From the IMG/VR virus record IMGVR_UViG_3300045988_099312, positions 1-55,517 of that record: a DNA stretch of 55,517 nucleotides; one strand, 5' to 3'. Every line of letters starts with the position of its first letter. The first letter of the stretch is position 1. This document shows positions 17,538-28,012 of the stretch, piece by piece. The translations under genes were made by a program, and so were the position numbers. The notes under the pieces were generated by a model. The model was not told the origin of the DNA. It searched no databases and saw nothing but the letters and a program-made list of their open reading frames with translations. Source of the DNA: a virus.

Positions 17538-18109
17538 TACTAGAGCTAATCAATGATTTTCTTCTCACGTTCACTGACATCAAGCAGGAGGTCATATTTC
17601 AGGGCTATCAAAATTGTATTGCCATGCCTCCGAATAATGATGGCTTCTGCGTCTTGTCCATTATGGAAATTAAGAGAAACGGCACGAACGTAGAGAGCAA
17701 TTCCGAAAGCGAAAGAAGCATAAAGAAGCTCATTAGTTATGGGATTGATATTGATTTTATCGGTGATAACGACTTAGAGCAAAGAGAGCTTGCCTCTCGT
17801 GTTGAGGCGTTGTGCTGGTCAGATCATATCGGGGCTTTCTTCAAAGAACGAAATGCATCTATGCAATATGCCGCAGGCGTTCAAGATGTTCCGTATCTTG
17901 ATGAAGACAAGCATTTCCTTCATCGCTATCGCATCCGGCTCTATGTTTCTACGTGGGAAGAAATATCGGTCAATGAGACAACTGCTAAAGAGGTTGTTAT
18001 CGACCATTCAATCCACGGCAAAAAGCCGGACGATACAGGCGAAGCAGACAAGACATATTACAAGGAAGGCATAGAAAATATTGATGTTGACCACAAAGGA
18101 GGTACATAA
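17519..18109 (+). CDS. Tail-terminator-like protein, putative (about 191-196 aa)
   Basis: TTG start at 17519, or TTG 17534 after GGGGGGA. Lies directly upstream of the sheath gene. Confidence 0.5.
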   Translation: MGGFRLILELINDFLLTFTDIKQEVIFQGYQNCIAMPPNNDGFCVLSIMEIKRNGTNVESNSESERSIKKLISYGIDIDFIGDNDLEQRELASRVEALCWSDHIGAFFKERNASMQYAAGVQDVPYLDEDKHFLHRYRIRLYVSTWEEISVNETTAKEVVIDHSIHGKKPDDTGEADKTYYKEGIENIDVDHKGGT

Positions 18110-19581
18110 TGTCAATTCCCGCAAGTAAAATTGTGAATATTACGTCACGAGTTATTAACGCAGGTGGCAACGAACTTGAAATGGCAGGGTTGCTTCTTAC
18201 AAAGAACCCACTTTGCACATTCCCGAACGTCCAAAAATTCACTAGTGCAAATGCCGTAGGCAGATATTTTGGCATGGAAAGCTATGAGTACAAAGTAGCG
18301 GCAAAATATTTTCTTGGCTATAGCAACTCTTTTAAAAAGCCTGCCACTATCTACTTTGCGCGTGCGGTCACTGAACCCATTGCAGCATGCCTTATTGGCG
18401 GTTCAATTCAGTCTCTTGAAACACTTAAAAAGATTACAAAAGGAAGTATCACAATCAGCATTGACGGCACAGAAAGAGCCGTTAGTGATTTAAACCTTTC
18501 TACTGCATCCACCGAAAGTGAGATGGCACAGGCTATTGAAGCAAAGCTAACCGGGACGTCTGTATCTTTTAACAGCAACCTTAATGCGTTTATTGTTACG
18601 TCCAAGAGTACAGGAAAGGAAAGCAAAATTAGTTTTGCAAGTGGCACAGATGCAGATGTACTTGGGCTGACAGAAAGCACGGGAGCAACGCTTTCCGAGG
18701 GTAGCGATGCCCTTGATCCATCCGCTCTCATGAAATCCGTTACTAACTCCACTACGAATTGGGCTACCTTTACCACTATTTACAAAGCTACCGCCGATGA
18801 AATTATCGGATTGGCGTCATGGTCAAATGCACAGGATGTTGATTATCTTTTCTGCCCATGGACGGATGACCAAGCTGATACGCTCCCGACAAACAAATCA
18901 AACCTTCCCAACAAACTTCGCTCGCTCGACCTTGAAGGGGTAACTCTCACCTATGGTGATCCATTCTACGCAATTCTTCCAATGGCATTTGCTGCAAGCA
19001 TTGACTGGAACAGAGAAAACGGACTTCCCACTTTTAAATTTAAATCCCAAAGCGGACTCGCTGCCAACGTCATGGACGAAACTACCGCCGACAGACTCAA
19101 AGAGCTTCACATGAATTTCTATGGACGCTATGCAACTCGCGCAGATGATTTTACTATTTTCGCCGAGGGTGCAATGACTGGTGGCAACTATGATTACATT
19201 GACGCATACCTTGGCATGGTATGGCTCAAAAATTCATTGCAGCTTGCTTGCATGACTGGATTCACTGGCGTTAGCGCAGTACCGTACACAGAATCGGGCT
19301 ATGCACTGATTCGAGCATGGTTCACGGATGTCATTGAGCAAGCGAAGCTGAACGGCGTCATTCGCGCAGGTGTCACTTTGAATGAGTTGCAGAAGTCTCA
19401 ACTTCTGAATGAAATCGGAGAGGACAAATCAGACACCATCAACACAGACGGATATTATCTGCTTGTCACAGACCCGGGGGCGCAGGCTAGACAGAATAGA
19501 GAGTCCCCGACTATTGGGCTTTGGTATACATACGGCGGAGCGGTTCACAAGCTCGACGTTCCTGTCACGATGATTAAATAA
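18109..19581 (+). CDS. Tail sheath protein (490 aa)
   Basis: RBS GGAGG. Size and position before the tube, chaperone and tape-measure genes. DUF3383-type sheath-like N-terminus. Confidence 0.7.
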   Translation: MSIPASKIVNITSRVINAGGNELEMAGLLLTKNPLCTFPNVQKFTSANAVGRYFGMESYEYKVAAKYFLGYSNSFKKPATIYFARAVTEPIAACLIGGSIQSLETLKKITKGSITISIDGTERAVSDLNLSTASTESEMAQAIEAKLTGTSVSFNSNLNAFIVTSKSTGKESKISFASGTDADVLGLTESTGATLSEGSDALDPSALMKSVTNSTTNWATFTTIYKATADEIIGLASWSNAQDVDYLFCPWTDDQADTLPTNKSNLPNKLRSLDLEGVTLTYGDPFYAILPMAFAASIDWNRENGLPTFKFKSQSGLAANVMDETTADRLKELHMNFYGRYATRADDFTIFAEGAMTGGNYDYIDAYLGMVWLKNSLQLACMTGFTGVSAVPYTESGYALIRAWFTDVIEQAKLNGVIRAGVTLNELQKSQLLNEIGEDKSDTINTDGYYLLVTDPGAQARQNRESPTIGLWYTYGGAVHKLDVPVTMIK

Positions 19582-19594
19582 TTAGGAGGTCACA

Positions 19595-20020
19595 ATGGCT
19601 AATAGAGACATTACAAGTGCAAACAGTAAAATTATCTTAACTTGCCCAGAACTGTATCCAATCGGCGTAGAGCTGCAACAGTTTTCTACCGACCAATCCA
19701 TCACACAGGGAGACGAGGAAATGGCAAGTGATCGCATCGGTGTAGACGGAAAGATGGTAGCTGGCTGGGTACCAACGATTAAGAGCGTAACTATCGCTCT
19801 CGAGGCATCTTCTCCGTCTGCTTCTGTTTTTGATACGATCTACAAACACTCAAAATCAGCTCACAAAGTTTACTGGCTTAACCTTATTGTCACTGTACCG
19901 TCCCTCGGAAAAGTGATTGTTTACAAGAACGGCGTACTGAAAAACTGGAAGCTCATGCCGGATCACAAGCAGGTACTTGACCCAATCAATGCCGTTATTG
20001 ATTTTGAAAGCGTGGAATAA
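19595..20020 (+). CDS. Tail tube protein (141 aa)
   Basis: RBS AGGAGG. Lies directly after the sheath gene. Confidence 0.65.
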   Translation: MANRDITSANSKIILTCPELYPIGVELQQFSTDQSITQGDEEMASDRIGVDGKMVAGWVPTIKSVTIALEASSPSASVFDTIYKHSKSAHKVYWLNLIVTVPSLGKVIVYKNGVLKNWKLMPDHKQVLDPINAVIDFESVE

Positions 20021-20021
20021 C

Positions 20022-20543
20022 ATGAGAAAAGAAGTAAAAATACATATTCAAGACGAAGAGCGTGACCTTCTGTTTGTTATTAAACAGATGCCTGCACTGC
20101 AACTGGAACGATTCATCAATCGGGCTGTTATTCTTTTGGCTCGTTCATACGGAGCAAAGCTCACTAATGTGTCTGCCAATGCAATTTCCAATCTACAGTC
20201 ACTTCTAAAATCGCCACAGATTGAAAATTTGGCATCAGGCAGCGATTTCCACGCGAAGATAGTACAACTTATAGGTCAACTCGATTATGACGCAGTAGAG
20301 CCGCTTTACAACGAATTGCTTTCGTGCTGCAAGCTCATTCCGGATCAATCCAATCAGCTTATGACTATGGAGCTGTCTCCAACGGTTATTGATGCGAACA
20401 TCGAGAACCCAATGACACTTTATAGACTTCGAATTGAAGCCGCAAAGGTCAATTTCGGTTTTTTTCAGAACGTCATGAACTCCCGCGAACCTGCAGCGAA
20501 AGCGGTTACGTTCAAGAAGGTTACAAAAACGTCTCAACGCTAA
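20022..20543 (+). CDS. Tail assembly chaperone (G-like, 173 aa)
   Basis: Lies between the tube and tape-measure genes. Contains a U7 slippery run near its 3' end. Confidence 0.65.
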   Translation: MRKEVKIHIQDEERDLLFVIKQMPALQLERFINRAVILLARSYGAKLTNVSANAISNLQSLLKSPQIENLASGSDFHAKIVQLIGQLDYDAVEPLYNELLSCCKLIPDQSNQLMTMELSPTVIDANIENPMTLYRLRIEAAKVNFGFFQNVMNSREPAAKAVTFKKVTKTSQR

Positions 20544-20692
20544 CAGGCGTTGTCATTAGTCAGAAGTTCGCCACGCTGTATGAACTGGAGACAGTCTACA
20601 GCTACAGCGACCTTTTGGATTTATATGAGATAGCTTACATTAACAGTATCAACGAAGAGCGAGCATACAAGGCGGTGAAAAATGGCAGATAG
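20459..20692 (+). other. Predicted -1 programmed frameshift extension of the chaperone (G-T-like product)
   Basis: TTTTTTT at 20459-20465 sits in X XXY YYZ register. The -1 frame is open from 20438 to the TAG at 20690-20692 and encodes '...LYELETVYSYSDLLDLYEIAYINSINEERAYKAVK'. There is no start codon or RBS of its own. Confidence 0.6.
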
Positions 20693-22382
20693 CATAGTGG
20701 AAAGGCTTTTTATTTATGTTGGGTTGAATACAAAAGCCGTAGACAAAGGACTTACACAGTTAAGTTCTAAACTTGATGGCGGTCTTAAAAAGATTATCAA
20801 GAGCGTTGCTGCTCCTGCTATGACCGCCTTCGCTGGCGTTATGTCCGGGCAGTTTGTTTCGGATATGATTGCTGGTGCAAAGCAAGCAGCAAAATTCGGT
20901 TCATTCCTCGGCATGAGTACAGAAGAAATGAGTGCATGGGCTGATACCGCGCAATCTATGGGGATCCAGTTAGAGGATTTAGTTAATGCATTTTCAAAGG
21001 TTGGTGCAAGTGCTTCAAACTCCCTCAAGACTGGAACTGGCTCATTTGCCGAGCTTGTGCAGAATGGTGTAATCGATAGTTTGACTGATGCCGACGGAAA
21101 GCTCAAAAGTACGGAAGAACTTGTCCTCGAATTGTCCGATGTTTTGAAAAACATGAACCCCGGTGAAGCTACTGCTCTTGCAAGATCGGTAGGTATTCGA
21201 AACGTCGGTCAAATAGCCATGCTTCGAAGGGGTAGAACAGAACTTGAACGGACTGTAGCGTCCATGAAAAAGCAAGGCGCTTACACTGATGAGGATGCTA
21301 AGAAATCTAAAGAGTTTTCGAAATCCTTAATGGCTGTATCAAGAGCTATCCGAAACCTGCTACTACCTGTTTTTCGTCTGATCCTTCCTCTTATGTCCAA
21401 TGCGGCGAAAGGATTTGCGTTCTTGTCAAAGCATATACGGGCATTTTATCCACTGCTTTCCGCATTGGCTATTGCTGCTATTATTTCTTTGCGAAACGTT
21501 GCTAAAGCCGCGGCTGTCTCATTTGCAACGATGGTGAAAACGAACCCTGTCATGGCGGCACTCCTCGCTTTGGCGCTCTTGATTGGACTTTTGTATGATG
21601 ACTACAAAGCATTTCAAAAAGGCGCAGAAAATTCAGCGTTCCCCGGCTTGTGGAAATCAGTCACAGAAGTTAAAGACGGCATAGCCGTTTTAAAAGAGGA
21701 ATATGTCAAGTTTGGGAAAGCTGCTTTAGGCGCGGCAACAATGCTTTACGCCTCATTCAAACTTTACAAAATGGGCGTATGGATTTTGAACAGTGCTTTT
21801 GGAAAGCTCATTGCTCGAGTGATTCAGCTCGGCGCTTCTGCACTAATCGCAATAGGTCCGATTGGCTGGGCTATTATGGCAGTTGTCGCTGTCTGTGCTG
21901 TCCTGTATGCGTATTGGGATGAATTATCCGCTTTTATGCAAAGCGCATGGGAAACGCTATGCACTGCCATTTCTGCATGGTGGAACTCCGTATGCCAAGG
22001 CGTGATGGACTGGTGGAACTCTACATGTGAATCAATTACAGGCGCATGGGACAGTGCGACAAGCTCGATTACATCTATTTGGAACTCCATTATATCCGCT
22101 CTCACAAGCGCATGGGATGGATTCGTAAGCACGCTTGAAACTGCTTTCGCATGGATTTCTTCAAAATTTTCATGGCTTACAAACGGACTCGGAAAGCTCA
22201 AAGGATTATTGCCGTCATTGTCATCCGGGATTCAAATGCTGAACAGCACAAGTGGAAATTCGTACAACTCCACAAGTGAAAGCTCGCAGACAAATAATTT
22301 TTATGTCCAAGGAAGCATGGATAGAGATACCGCAGACTCGATCAGCGCGCAAATAAACACAAATAGTCAGAATTTTGGATAG
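20682..22382 (+). CDS. Tape measure protein (566 aa)
   Basis: Position after the chaperone. Has a hydrophobic central segment and a W-rich repeat region 'WWNS...WWNS...W'. Confidence 0.8.
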   Translation: MADSIVERLFIYVGLNTKAVDKGLTQLSSKLDGGLKKIIKSVAAPAMTAFAGVMSGQFVSDMIAGAKQAAKFGSFLGMSTEEMSAWADTAQSMGIQLEDLVNAFSKVGASASNSLKTGTGSFAELVQNGVIDSLTDADGKLKSTEELVLELSDVLKNMNPGEATALARSVGIRNVGQIAMLRRGRTELERTVASMKKQGAYTDEDAKKSKEFSKSLMAVSRAIRNLLLPVFRLILPLMSNAAKGFAFLSKHIRAFYPLLSALAIAAIISLRNVAKAAAVSFATMVKTNPVMAALLALALLIGLLYDDYKAFQKGAENSAFPGLWKSVTEVKDGIAVLKEEYVKFGKAALGAATMLYASFKLYKMGVWILNSAFGKLIARVIQLGASALIAIGPIGWAIMAVVAVCAVLYAYWDELSAFMQSAWETLCTAISAWWNSVCQGVMDWWNSTCESITGAWDSATSSITSIWNSIISALTSAWDGFVSTLETAFAWISSKFSWLTNGLGKLKGLLPSLSSGIQMLNSTSGNSYNSTSESSQTNNFYVQGSMDRDTADSISAQINTNSQNFG

Positions 22383-22393
22383 GGGGGATTTGA

Positions 22394-23059
22394 GTGTCCT
22401 TAATCAGTAGCATTATTAGTCCGGAATATAGAGTTCAGCAGTGGATGATTGCTGATGAAAGAGGAAATTCAGTCCTTCCCATTAAATCCATTCTTTCACT
22501 CTCTGCTACGTCAGGGGGATCAGTTGTGTCAGACGCAATCGAGGAAGGCAGCTTTACGGCATACAATAAAACATCCGAACCTCTCGAACTTAACATGGAA
22601 ATTGGGTTTGAAGGCGAAGATTGGGAGTTGAACCATGCCCTAACATCACTTACGGAACTAAAAGAAAGCGTAGCTACCTTTTCGATTGTTACTCCGTACC
22701 ACGAGTACGAGAATATGACGCTTGAAAATTACGACTACGAAATGAAAACGGAAAACGGGCTTGGGGCGTTGATTGCCAACTGTACATTTAAGGAAATCCG
22801 CGAAGTTAAGCCCGCCTATAGTCAGGTGGATGCAAGTACGATTCAGCAGAATCAGGATGAAAACAGGGCAGCGCAAAGCGAAAGCATATCGATTGATGAT
22901 TGCTCTGATGCTAGTGATTCATCGGTTTCGGATGGCGGACAGGTTTCTTCTTCTACCCCCACAGGTGATGAAGGAACGGCTGCCGAAGAAGATAATCGAA
23001 GCGTATTGAAAACAGCAGAAGATGCTGGTACAGAAATTTTAGGAGGGTTCTTTTCATGA
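22394..23059 (+). CDS. Tail / baseplate hub-associated protein (221 aa)
   Basis: GTG start after GGGGGG. Follows the tape measure gene. Acidic, Ser-rich C-terminus. Confidence 0.55.
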   Translation: MSLISSIISPEYRVQQWMIADERGNSVLPIKSILSLSATSGGSVVSDAIEEGSFTAYNKTSEPLELNMEIGFEGEDWELNHALTSLTELKESVATFSIVTPYHEYENMTLENYDYEMKTENGLGALIANCTFKEIREVKPAYSQVDASTIQQNQDENRAAQSESISIDDCSDASDSSVSDGGQVSSSTPTGDEGTAAEEDNRSVLKTAEDAGTEILGGFFS

Positions 23060-23355
23060 TACGAAAAATACCTCTAAAGGCTATTCCTAATCAGCGGTTC
23101 AATGTAGTATTAAACGACCAAAACTGTACGATTCACCTTTTTCAGCGAGGCGATTATCTTTATATGGATTTCGCTGTAGATGACAAGATGATACGCACTG
23201 GGGCGATATGTCTGTCCGCTACTTCGATACTTGCTTACCCGACGCCGTATTTTAATGGGTATCTGTTTTTTACAGACGTTAAGCGAAAAAACAAAGAACC
23301 GAACTATGCGGAACTAGGCAGTCGGTTCATTCTTTGCTATACGGATGGTACGTGA
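23056..23355 (+). CDS. Small baseplate-module protein (99 aa)
   Basis: ATGA overlap with the upstream gene. ORF track entry. Confidence 0.6.
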   Translation: MIRKIPLKAIPNQRFNVVLNDQNCTIHLFQRGDYLYMDFAVDDKMIRTGAICLSATSILAYPTPYFNGYLFFTDVKRKNKEPNYAELGSRFILCYTDGT

Positions 23356-24221
23356 CTATGTTTTGGAAAAAAGCTATTAAAGTGACTATCGCGCTCGCAG
23401 AAGGGACATTCGATAGTAGAGGAAATAACGAAATCACACTTCCTCCGGTTCCCATCCATATCACTATGGATAAGACTGGGGGTGATGAACTACCGAAATG
23501 CTCCATCGAAGCAAAAAATCTCAAACTCAATTTAATGGAGCAGCTTACGGTTCTGTCTTTCCGTCAGTTACAAACATACAACAATGTAATTAAGGTTATG
23601 GCAGGTGAAGAAGGGCGCGATCTTGATCTTGTGTTTCAGGGGGAAATCGTTAGCGCGATTCCTGTTTTTTCAACCGATGGCGATGTTACGTTTAAGATAG
23701 AAGCCGCAAGTGGTTACTATCCCTTGCAAAAGTCTACGCCACCTGTCAGCGTACAAGGTGAGACGACGATCGAATATCTCATGAAGCAGTTCGCTACAGA
23801 AGCTGGGTATGCCCTTGAAAATAAAGGGGTAACGGGAAGCGTGAGTAACTGCGTATTTGCAGGAACGCCCATTGTGAAGGCTAGACTGCTTGCAAAGCAA
23901 ACTGGAATTGACCTTCTCATAGACAATGGAAAATTTGTTATTCTTCCGTCATACAAAGACAACCGGGAATGTATTATTCCGCTCATTAGTAAAGATACTG
24001 GACTCATCGGATACCCGTCATTCACGAATGATGGGATTGAGTGTGAATGTCTTTTTAATTCTCTGATTGAAATAGGCGGATTGATTAAACTTGAAAGCAT
24101 AGTTCCGAAGGCTACCGGAGTTTGGCGAGTAACAAAAATTCATCATGATTTAGAGGCATACAATTCGAGCGGCGGAAACTGGCATACAAAAATTGATGCT
24201 GTATGGAGGGCAGACTCATGA
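23334..24221 (+). CDS. Baseplate hub protein (Mu gpP / P2 gpD-like position), about 288-295 aa
   Basis: TTG 23334 or ATG 23358. Lies immediately upstream of the spike gene. Confidence 0.55.
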   Translation: MLYGWYVTMFWKKAIKVTIALAEGTFDSRGNNEITLPPVPIHITMDKTGGDELPKCSIEAKNLKLNLMEQLTVLSFRQLQTYNNVIKVMAGEEGRDLDLVFQGEIVSAIPVFSTDGDVTFKIEAASGYYPLQKSTPPVSVQGETTIEYLMKQFATEAGYALENKGVTGSVSNCVFAGTPIVKARLLAKQTGIDLLIDNGKFVILPSYKDNRECIIPLISKDTGLIGYPSFTNDGIECECLFNSLIEIGGLIKLESIVPKATGVWRVTKIHHDLEAYNSSGGNWHTKIDAVWRADS

Positions 24222-24817
24222 ATGATGATAAAGCGGTACAAGGAAAGCGATCTCCGTATACGAATAAAAGTGCAGGGAACGCCATCGGCTTTCTCATTCA
24301 GCAAGCCCTTTCCCAAATGTCTATCGCCGTCCCTGTCAAGGTGCAAGCGGTATATACAGGAGAAACTACTGGCTATGTTGATGTTCTTCCCCTTGTCGGT
24401 ACGGTGAATGGTAAGGGCGAGTTCGTGAAGCCTGTCACGCTTTACCATCTTCCATACGCACGAGTGCAAGGTGGCAATGCTGCTTTGATTATTGATCCCG
24501 TTGTTGGTGACAAGGGACTTGCAGTATTTACTGATGCCGATACGTCTTGTGTAACCGCAGAAAGCGATGAACCACAGAAGCCCGGAAGTTACCGCAGGTT
24601 TTCACAATCAGACGGTTTTTATGTTGGTGGATTTCTGAATCGAAAGCCTGCCACCTACGTAGAACTCAAACAGGATAACACGATGGTTATCAACGCAACG
24701 AGTGGAGTAACAATCAACGGCGATGTGCATGTCAATGGTGATGTAATCGCAGGCGGTATCAGCTTGCAAAATCACACTCATACAGGCGTGCATGGAGAGA
24801 CGAGCAAAGCACACTAA
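24218..24817 (+). CDS. Baseplate central spike (gpV / Mu gp45 family)
   Basis: RBS GGAGGG. C-terminal 'ISLQNHTHTGVHGETSKAH' metal-binding HxH motif typical of gpV-like spikes. Confidence 0.75.
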   Translation: MNDDKAVQGKRSPYTNKSAGNAIGFLIQQALSQMSIAVPVKVQAVYTGETTGYVDVLPLVGTVNGKGEFVKPVTLYHLPYARVQGGNAALIIDPVVGDKGLAVFTDADTSCVTAESDEPQKPGSYRRFSQSDGFYVGGFLNRKPATYVELKQDNTMVINATSGVTINGDVHVNGDVIAGGISLQNHTHTGVHGETSKAH

Positions 24818-24882
24818 AAGTAGTACAGTGAATTTCAAAAAGCGGAAAGTTGAATAGAATCGCAAGACGGGTGGTGAGAATT

Positions 24883-25236
24883 ATGCAGACGTTACTCTTG
24901 AATGACGCATGGGATATTGAGGTTGACAAAGCAGGAAACATAGCAACAACCACGGGCTCATATGCCACCGCACAAACTGCCGCCAATGCCATACGACTTT
25001 TCACGAATGATGCTTATTTCGATCGAACAAAAGGGATACCGCACTTTGATGTGGAGCTTGGCAAGCCATATAAAATTTCGCAATCAGTCTTGATAAACAG
25101 AATTTATAAGACTTGCATGGCGGTTGAAGGCGTGAGGGATTGCAAGGTATCTCTTGACTTTGATGAAAACAAAAGAATTATAGGTGGGATGGTCTATGTG
25201 ACTGATAGCGAGCAGACTGTTTCGGTTGAAATCTAG
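24883..25236 (+). CDS. Baseplate wedge protein (gpW / gp25-like position, 117 aa)
   Basis: RBS GGTGGTGAG. Lies between the spike and baseplate J genes. Confidence 0.55.
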   Translation: MQTLLLNDAWDIEVDKAGNIATTTGSYATAQTAANAIRLFTNDAYFDRTKGIPHFDVELGKPYKISQSVLINRIYKTCMAVEGVRDCKVSLDFDENKRIIGGMVYVTDSEQTVSVEI

Positions 25237-25247
25237 GAGGTGAAACA

Positions 25248-26456
25248 ATGGCTCTTGTGTTTGACCCGAAAACGGGTGTCACGGTCGAAGATACTGCCGT
25301 CGTCAGAAAGCGAATTGCAAGCGACTGGAAAAAGGCGTTTAACGTCAGCGAAGGAAGTCCCGAGCTTGTGACTGATCCTGAAACACCTGCCGGGCAGCTT
25401 ATAGATGGACAGACCGCTCTTGTAAGTCAGAAGGATAATGACTTGCTAAGGCTTGCAAATGGGTTTAATCCCAAAACTGCGACAGGCGTTTTTCAAGACG
25501 CATTAGCTCAGATTTATTTTTTGCAAAGACAGGTTGCTCAACCAACCTACGTCACATGTCAATGTCGAGGACTGTATGGCACGGTGATTCCCTACGGTGC
25601 AGTCGTGCAGGATGTCAATGGGAATACATTTTACAATACTACGGCAGCTGTTATCCCGTCAGAAGGGATAGTGGAGTGCGTATTCCGCTGCTCCGTTTAT
25701 GGGGCTGTAGAAGTCGGAGTAAAAGCCGTGAACACTATTATTACCGTTATACCGGGATGGGATACAGTATCAAACAACGCGGCAGGTGCCACGGGGCGAG
25801 ATGTAGAAACGCAATCCGAATTTGAGACAAGGCGCTATGAAAGCGTATCCAAAAACGCGCACGGCACAGCCGAAAGCGTTGAGGGAACAGTTGCTAACCT
25901 TAGCGGCGTTATTGCGTGCGCTTGCGAACAAAATCGCGGAGATGTATCTATAGTAAGAAAAGGGGTAACTATACCGCCTCACTCTATCTACCTTTCTGTT
26001 TATGGTGGAAATCCGGATCAGATCGGCATGGCTATCCACATGAAGCTCGGTGGGGGATGCGGCTTCGCTGGAAATACGAAAGTAACTATTAAAGACCCGA
26101 CCGTCGGAAGTAACCATGATTATTATTATGAGATTCCGGAAACAGTTCCCTTCGGTATCAAAATATCTATGGTCAAGACGCCTCAAACATCAGCTACATT
26201 TGAGAATGACATTCGAAGCGCATTGGTTAAAAATTTTGAGGGACAGGAAGCAGAGCATGGCAGAGTAAAGATGGGACAAACTGTTTATGCCAGTCGCTTT
26301 TATAAGTCCGTTATTCTTGCAGGCGTAGAGAACTTACAAACCATCAAAATTAAATTTCCTGCGGCAAGCGGAACGTATAGCGATAAACTGGAAATACCGC
26401 TCGACAAGCTCCCTACGCTTGCGAAGGAGAATATCGAAATTGAGGTGATTTCATGA
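25248..26456 (+). CDS. Baseplate J-like protein (402 aa)
   Basis: RBS AGGAGGTG. Size and position fit. Baseplate_J-like pattern. Confidence 0.7.
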   Translation: MALVFDPKTGVTVEDTAVVRKRIASDWKKAFNVSEGSPELVTDPETPAGQLIDGQTALVSQKDNDLLRLANGFNPKTATGVFQDALAQIYFLQRQVAQPTYVTCQCRGLYGTVIPYGAVVQDVNGNTFYNTTAAVIPSEGIVECVFRCSVYGAVEVGVKAVNTIITVIPGWDTVSNNAAGATGRDVETQSEFETRRYESVSKNAHGTAESVEGTVANLSGVIACACEQNRGDVSIVRKGVTIPPHSIYLSVYGGNPDQIGMAIHMKLGGGCGFAGNTKVTIKDPTVGSNHDYYYEIPETVPFGIKISMVKTPQTSATFENDIRSALVKNFEGQEAEHGRVKMGQTVYASRFYKSVILAGVENLQTIKIKFPAASGTYSDKLEIPLDKLPTLAKENIEIEVIS

Positions 26457-27103
26457 ATTTTCTTGCAAAGACAGACGTTCGAGCGAATCCCGACATTCGA
26501 GAAGAACCGCAGAACTACATCCAGTCGCAATATTCGCACAGTGTCACGATATGCCGACTCCTTGAAAAGTTTCGCAATGAAATTTCTCCTACAGCAGATA
26601 TTCGCCTGTTTATTGACAACGTGATGCGCCTTGATACAGCGGTTGGAAAAGGATTGGATGTACTGGGGCGCATTATCGGAATCGAGCGCACGCTTTCTTT
26701 TAAAGATCAATCCTTTACCCTGAATGATGACTTATACCGCAGTCTCTTAAAGTACAAAGCTCTTGCAAACATTACGGATACAAGTCTTGCCACGCTGAAT
26801 AAGATGACAAGTATTCTTTTCCCAAATGATGATATAAAAGTCTATGCCATTATTCATGAGGGCGAAGAGGACGGAAAGCACTACAACAAATATCCGATGC
26901 ATGTACGATGGTACACGAATAAAGACCTGACAACAGAAGAAAAAGCCACCTTTCAAGCAGGCGGCTTGCTGACGCTGAACGCAGGTGTCGGATGGGAATT
27001 TCTTGCTATTGACGAAAGCTCTATATTTGGTTTTTTAGGAAGCGGTTTGCAGCCCTTTGACTGCGGACGCTTTTTTAATTCTAGCGAGGTGATGACAGAA
27101 TGA
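26453..27103 (+). CDS. Baseplate / tail-fibre base protein (DUF2612-like, 216 aa)
   Basis: ATGA overlap. Follows baseplate J. N-terminal 'YIQSQYSHSVTICRLL' pattern. Confidence 0.55.
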   Translation: MNFLAKTDVRANPDIREEPQNYIQSQYSHSVTICRLLEKFRNEISPTADIRLFIDNVMRLDTAVGKGLDVLGRIIGIERTLSFKDQSFTLNDDLYRSLLKYKALANITDTSLATLNKMTSILFPNDDIKVYAIIHEGEEDGKHYNKYPMHVRWYTNKDLTTEEKATFQAGGLLTLNAGVGWEFLAIDESSIFGFLGSGLQPFDCGRFFNSSEVMTE

Positions 27104-28002
27104 AACCTACACAGCCCACTCTCATTCCTATGCCGTTTGCACAGAATGGGAATAAAAACACCATTCCGGAGAATGGTACGGAAGGGAAGGGTGACGCCAG
27201 TTTTTCACTCGGCTTTCCGCAAATCACAGAGACGCCACTTTCGATTGGAGGACTACCGCCGTCCCGAAAGGATTTTAACGGTATTTTTAACCTTCTCAGT
27301 ATGTTTGCTTTCTTCGGGCAGAGCGGTGGCAAATTCGCATGGTCAAACAAATTGAACTATGCGCCACCTGCCGTTATTTACCATAACGGAGTTCTTTGGT
27401 GGTGCGTGAAAGAAAACGGCACGGATACCGCCGTGAAAGAACCTGGTACAGATAATTCGTATTGGGTCACACTTGTGGAATATCTTCACCAAAATGCTAA
27501 AACACTCGGCTTAAAAGTTGGCGGTGGTGGTGTACCGATTGGAACGATTATTATTTGGGGCTATGCAAAGAATCCATCAGAGGACTATGGCGTGTGGCTT
27601 GATTGCGATGGGCGGAACGTTTCGAATTATCCGAACCTTGTGGCTGCTATTGGCTCTACAACTATCCCGGACTATAGAGGGCTATTTCTGCGAGGGCAAG
27701 GGTCACAGACCGTTGATGGTACAGTCCATACCTCTCCGGCAGTTGGAACTAAGCAAGGGGACGCTATACGAAATATTACAGGTCAGTTTTGCGTTGATGA
27801 TTTTGTTGCGGCTGGAGGCTATAATAGCGCTGCGCCGCCAAAAGGAGCTTTTGAAGTTGGAAATTATGTAAACTACGATGCTAAATCTCACGGAGGAGAC
27901 GGAAGACTGCTGATGTTCGATGCCTCGCGTGTAGTTCCTACGGCAAATGAGAACCGCCCTGTAAATGCGACGGTACGTTTTTTGATTAAAGCAGATGATT
28001 AG
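27100..28002 (+). CDS. Short tail fibre with phage tail-collar domain (300 aa)
   Basis: 'GTIIIWGY...GVWLDCDGRNVSNYPNLVAAIGSTTIPDYRGLFLRGQG' matches the tail-collar domain signature. Confidence 0.75.
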   Translation: MKPTQPTLIPMPFAQNGNKNTIPENGTEGKGDASFSLGFPQITETPLSIGGLPPSRKDFNGIFNLLSMFAFFGQSGGKFAWSNKLNYAPPAVIYHNGVLWWCVKENGTDTAVKEPGTDNSYWVTLVEYLHQNAKTLGLKVGGGGVPIGTIIIWGYAKNPSEDYGVWLDCDGRNVSNYPNLVAAIGSTTIPDYRGLFLRGQGSQTVDGTVHTSPAVGTKQGDAIRNITGQFCVDDFVAAGGYNSAAPPKGAFEVGNYVNYDAKSHGGDGRLLMFDASRVVPTANENRPVNATVRFLIKADD

Positions 28003-28012
28003 GAGGAGTAGT

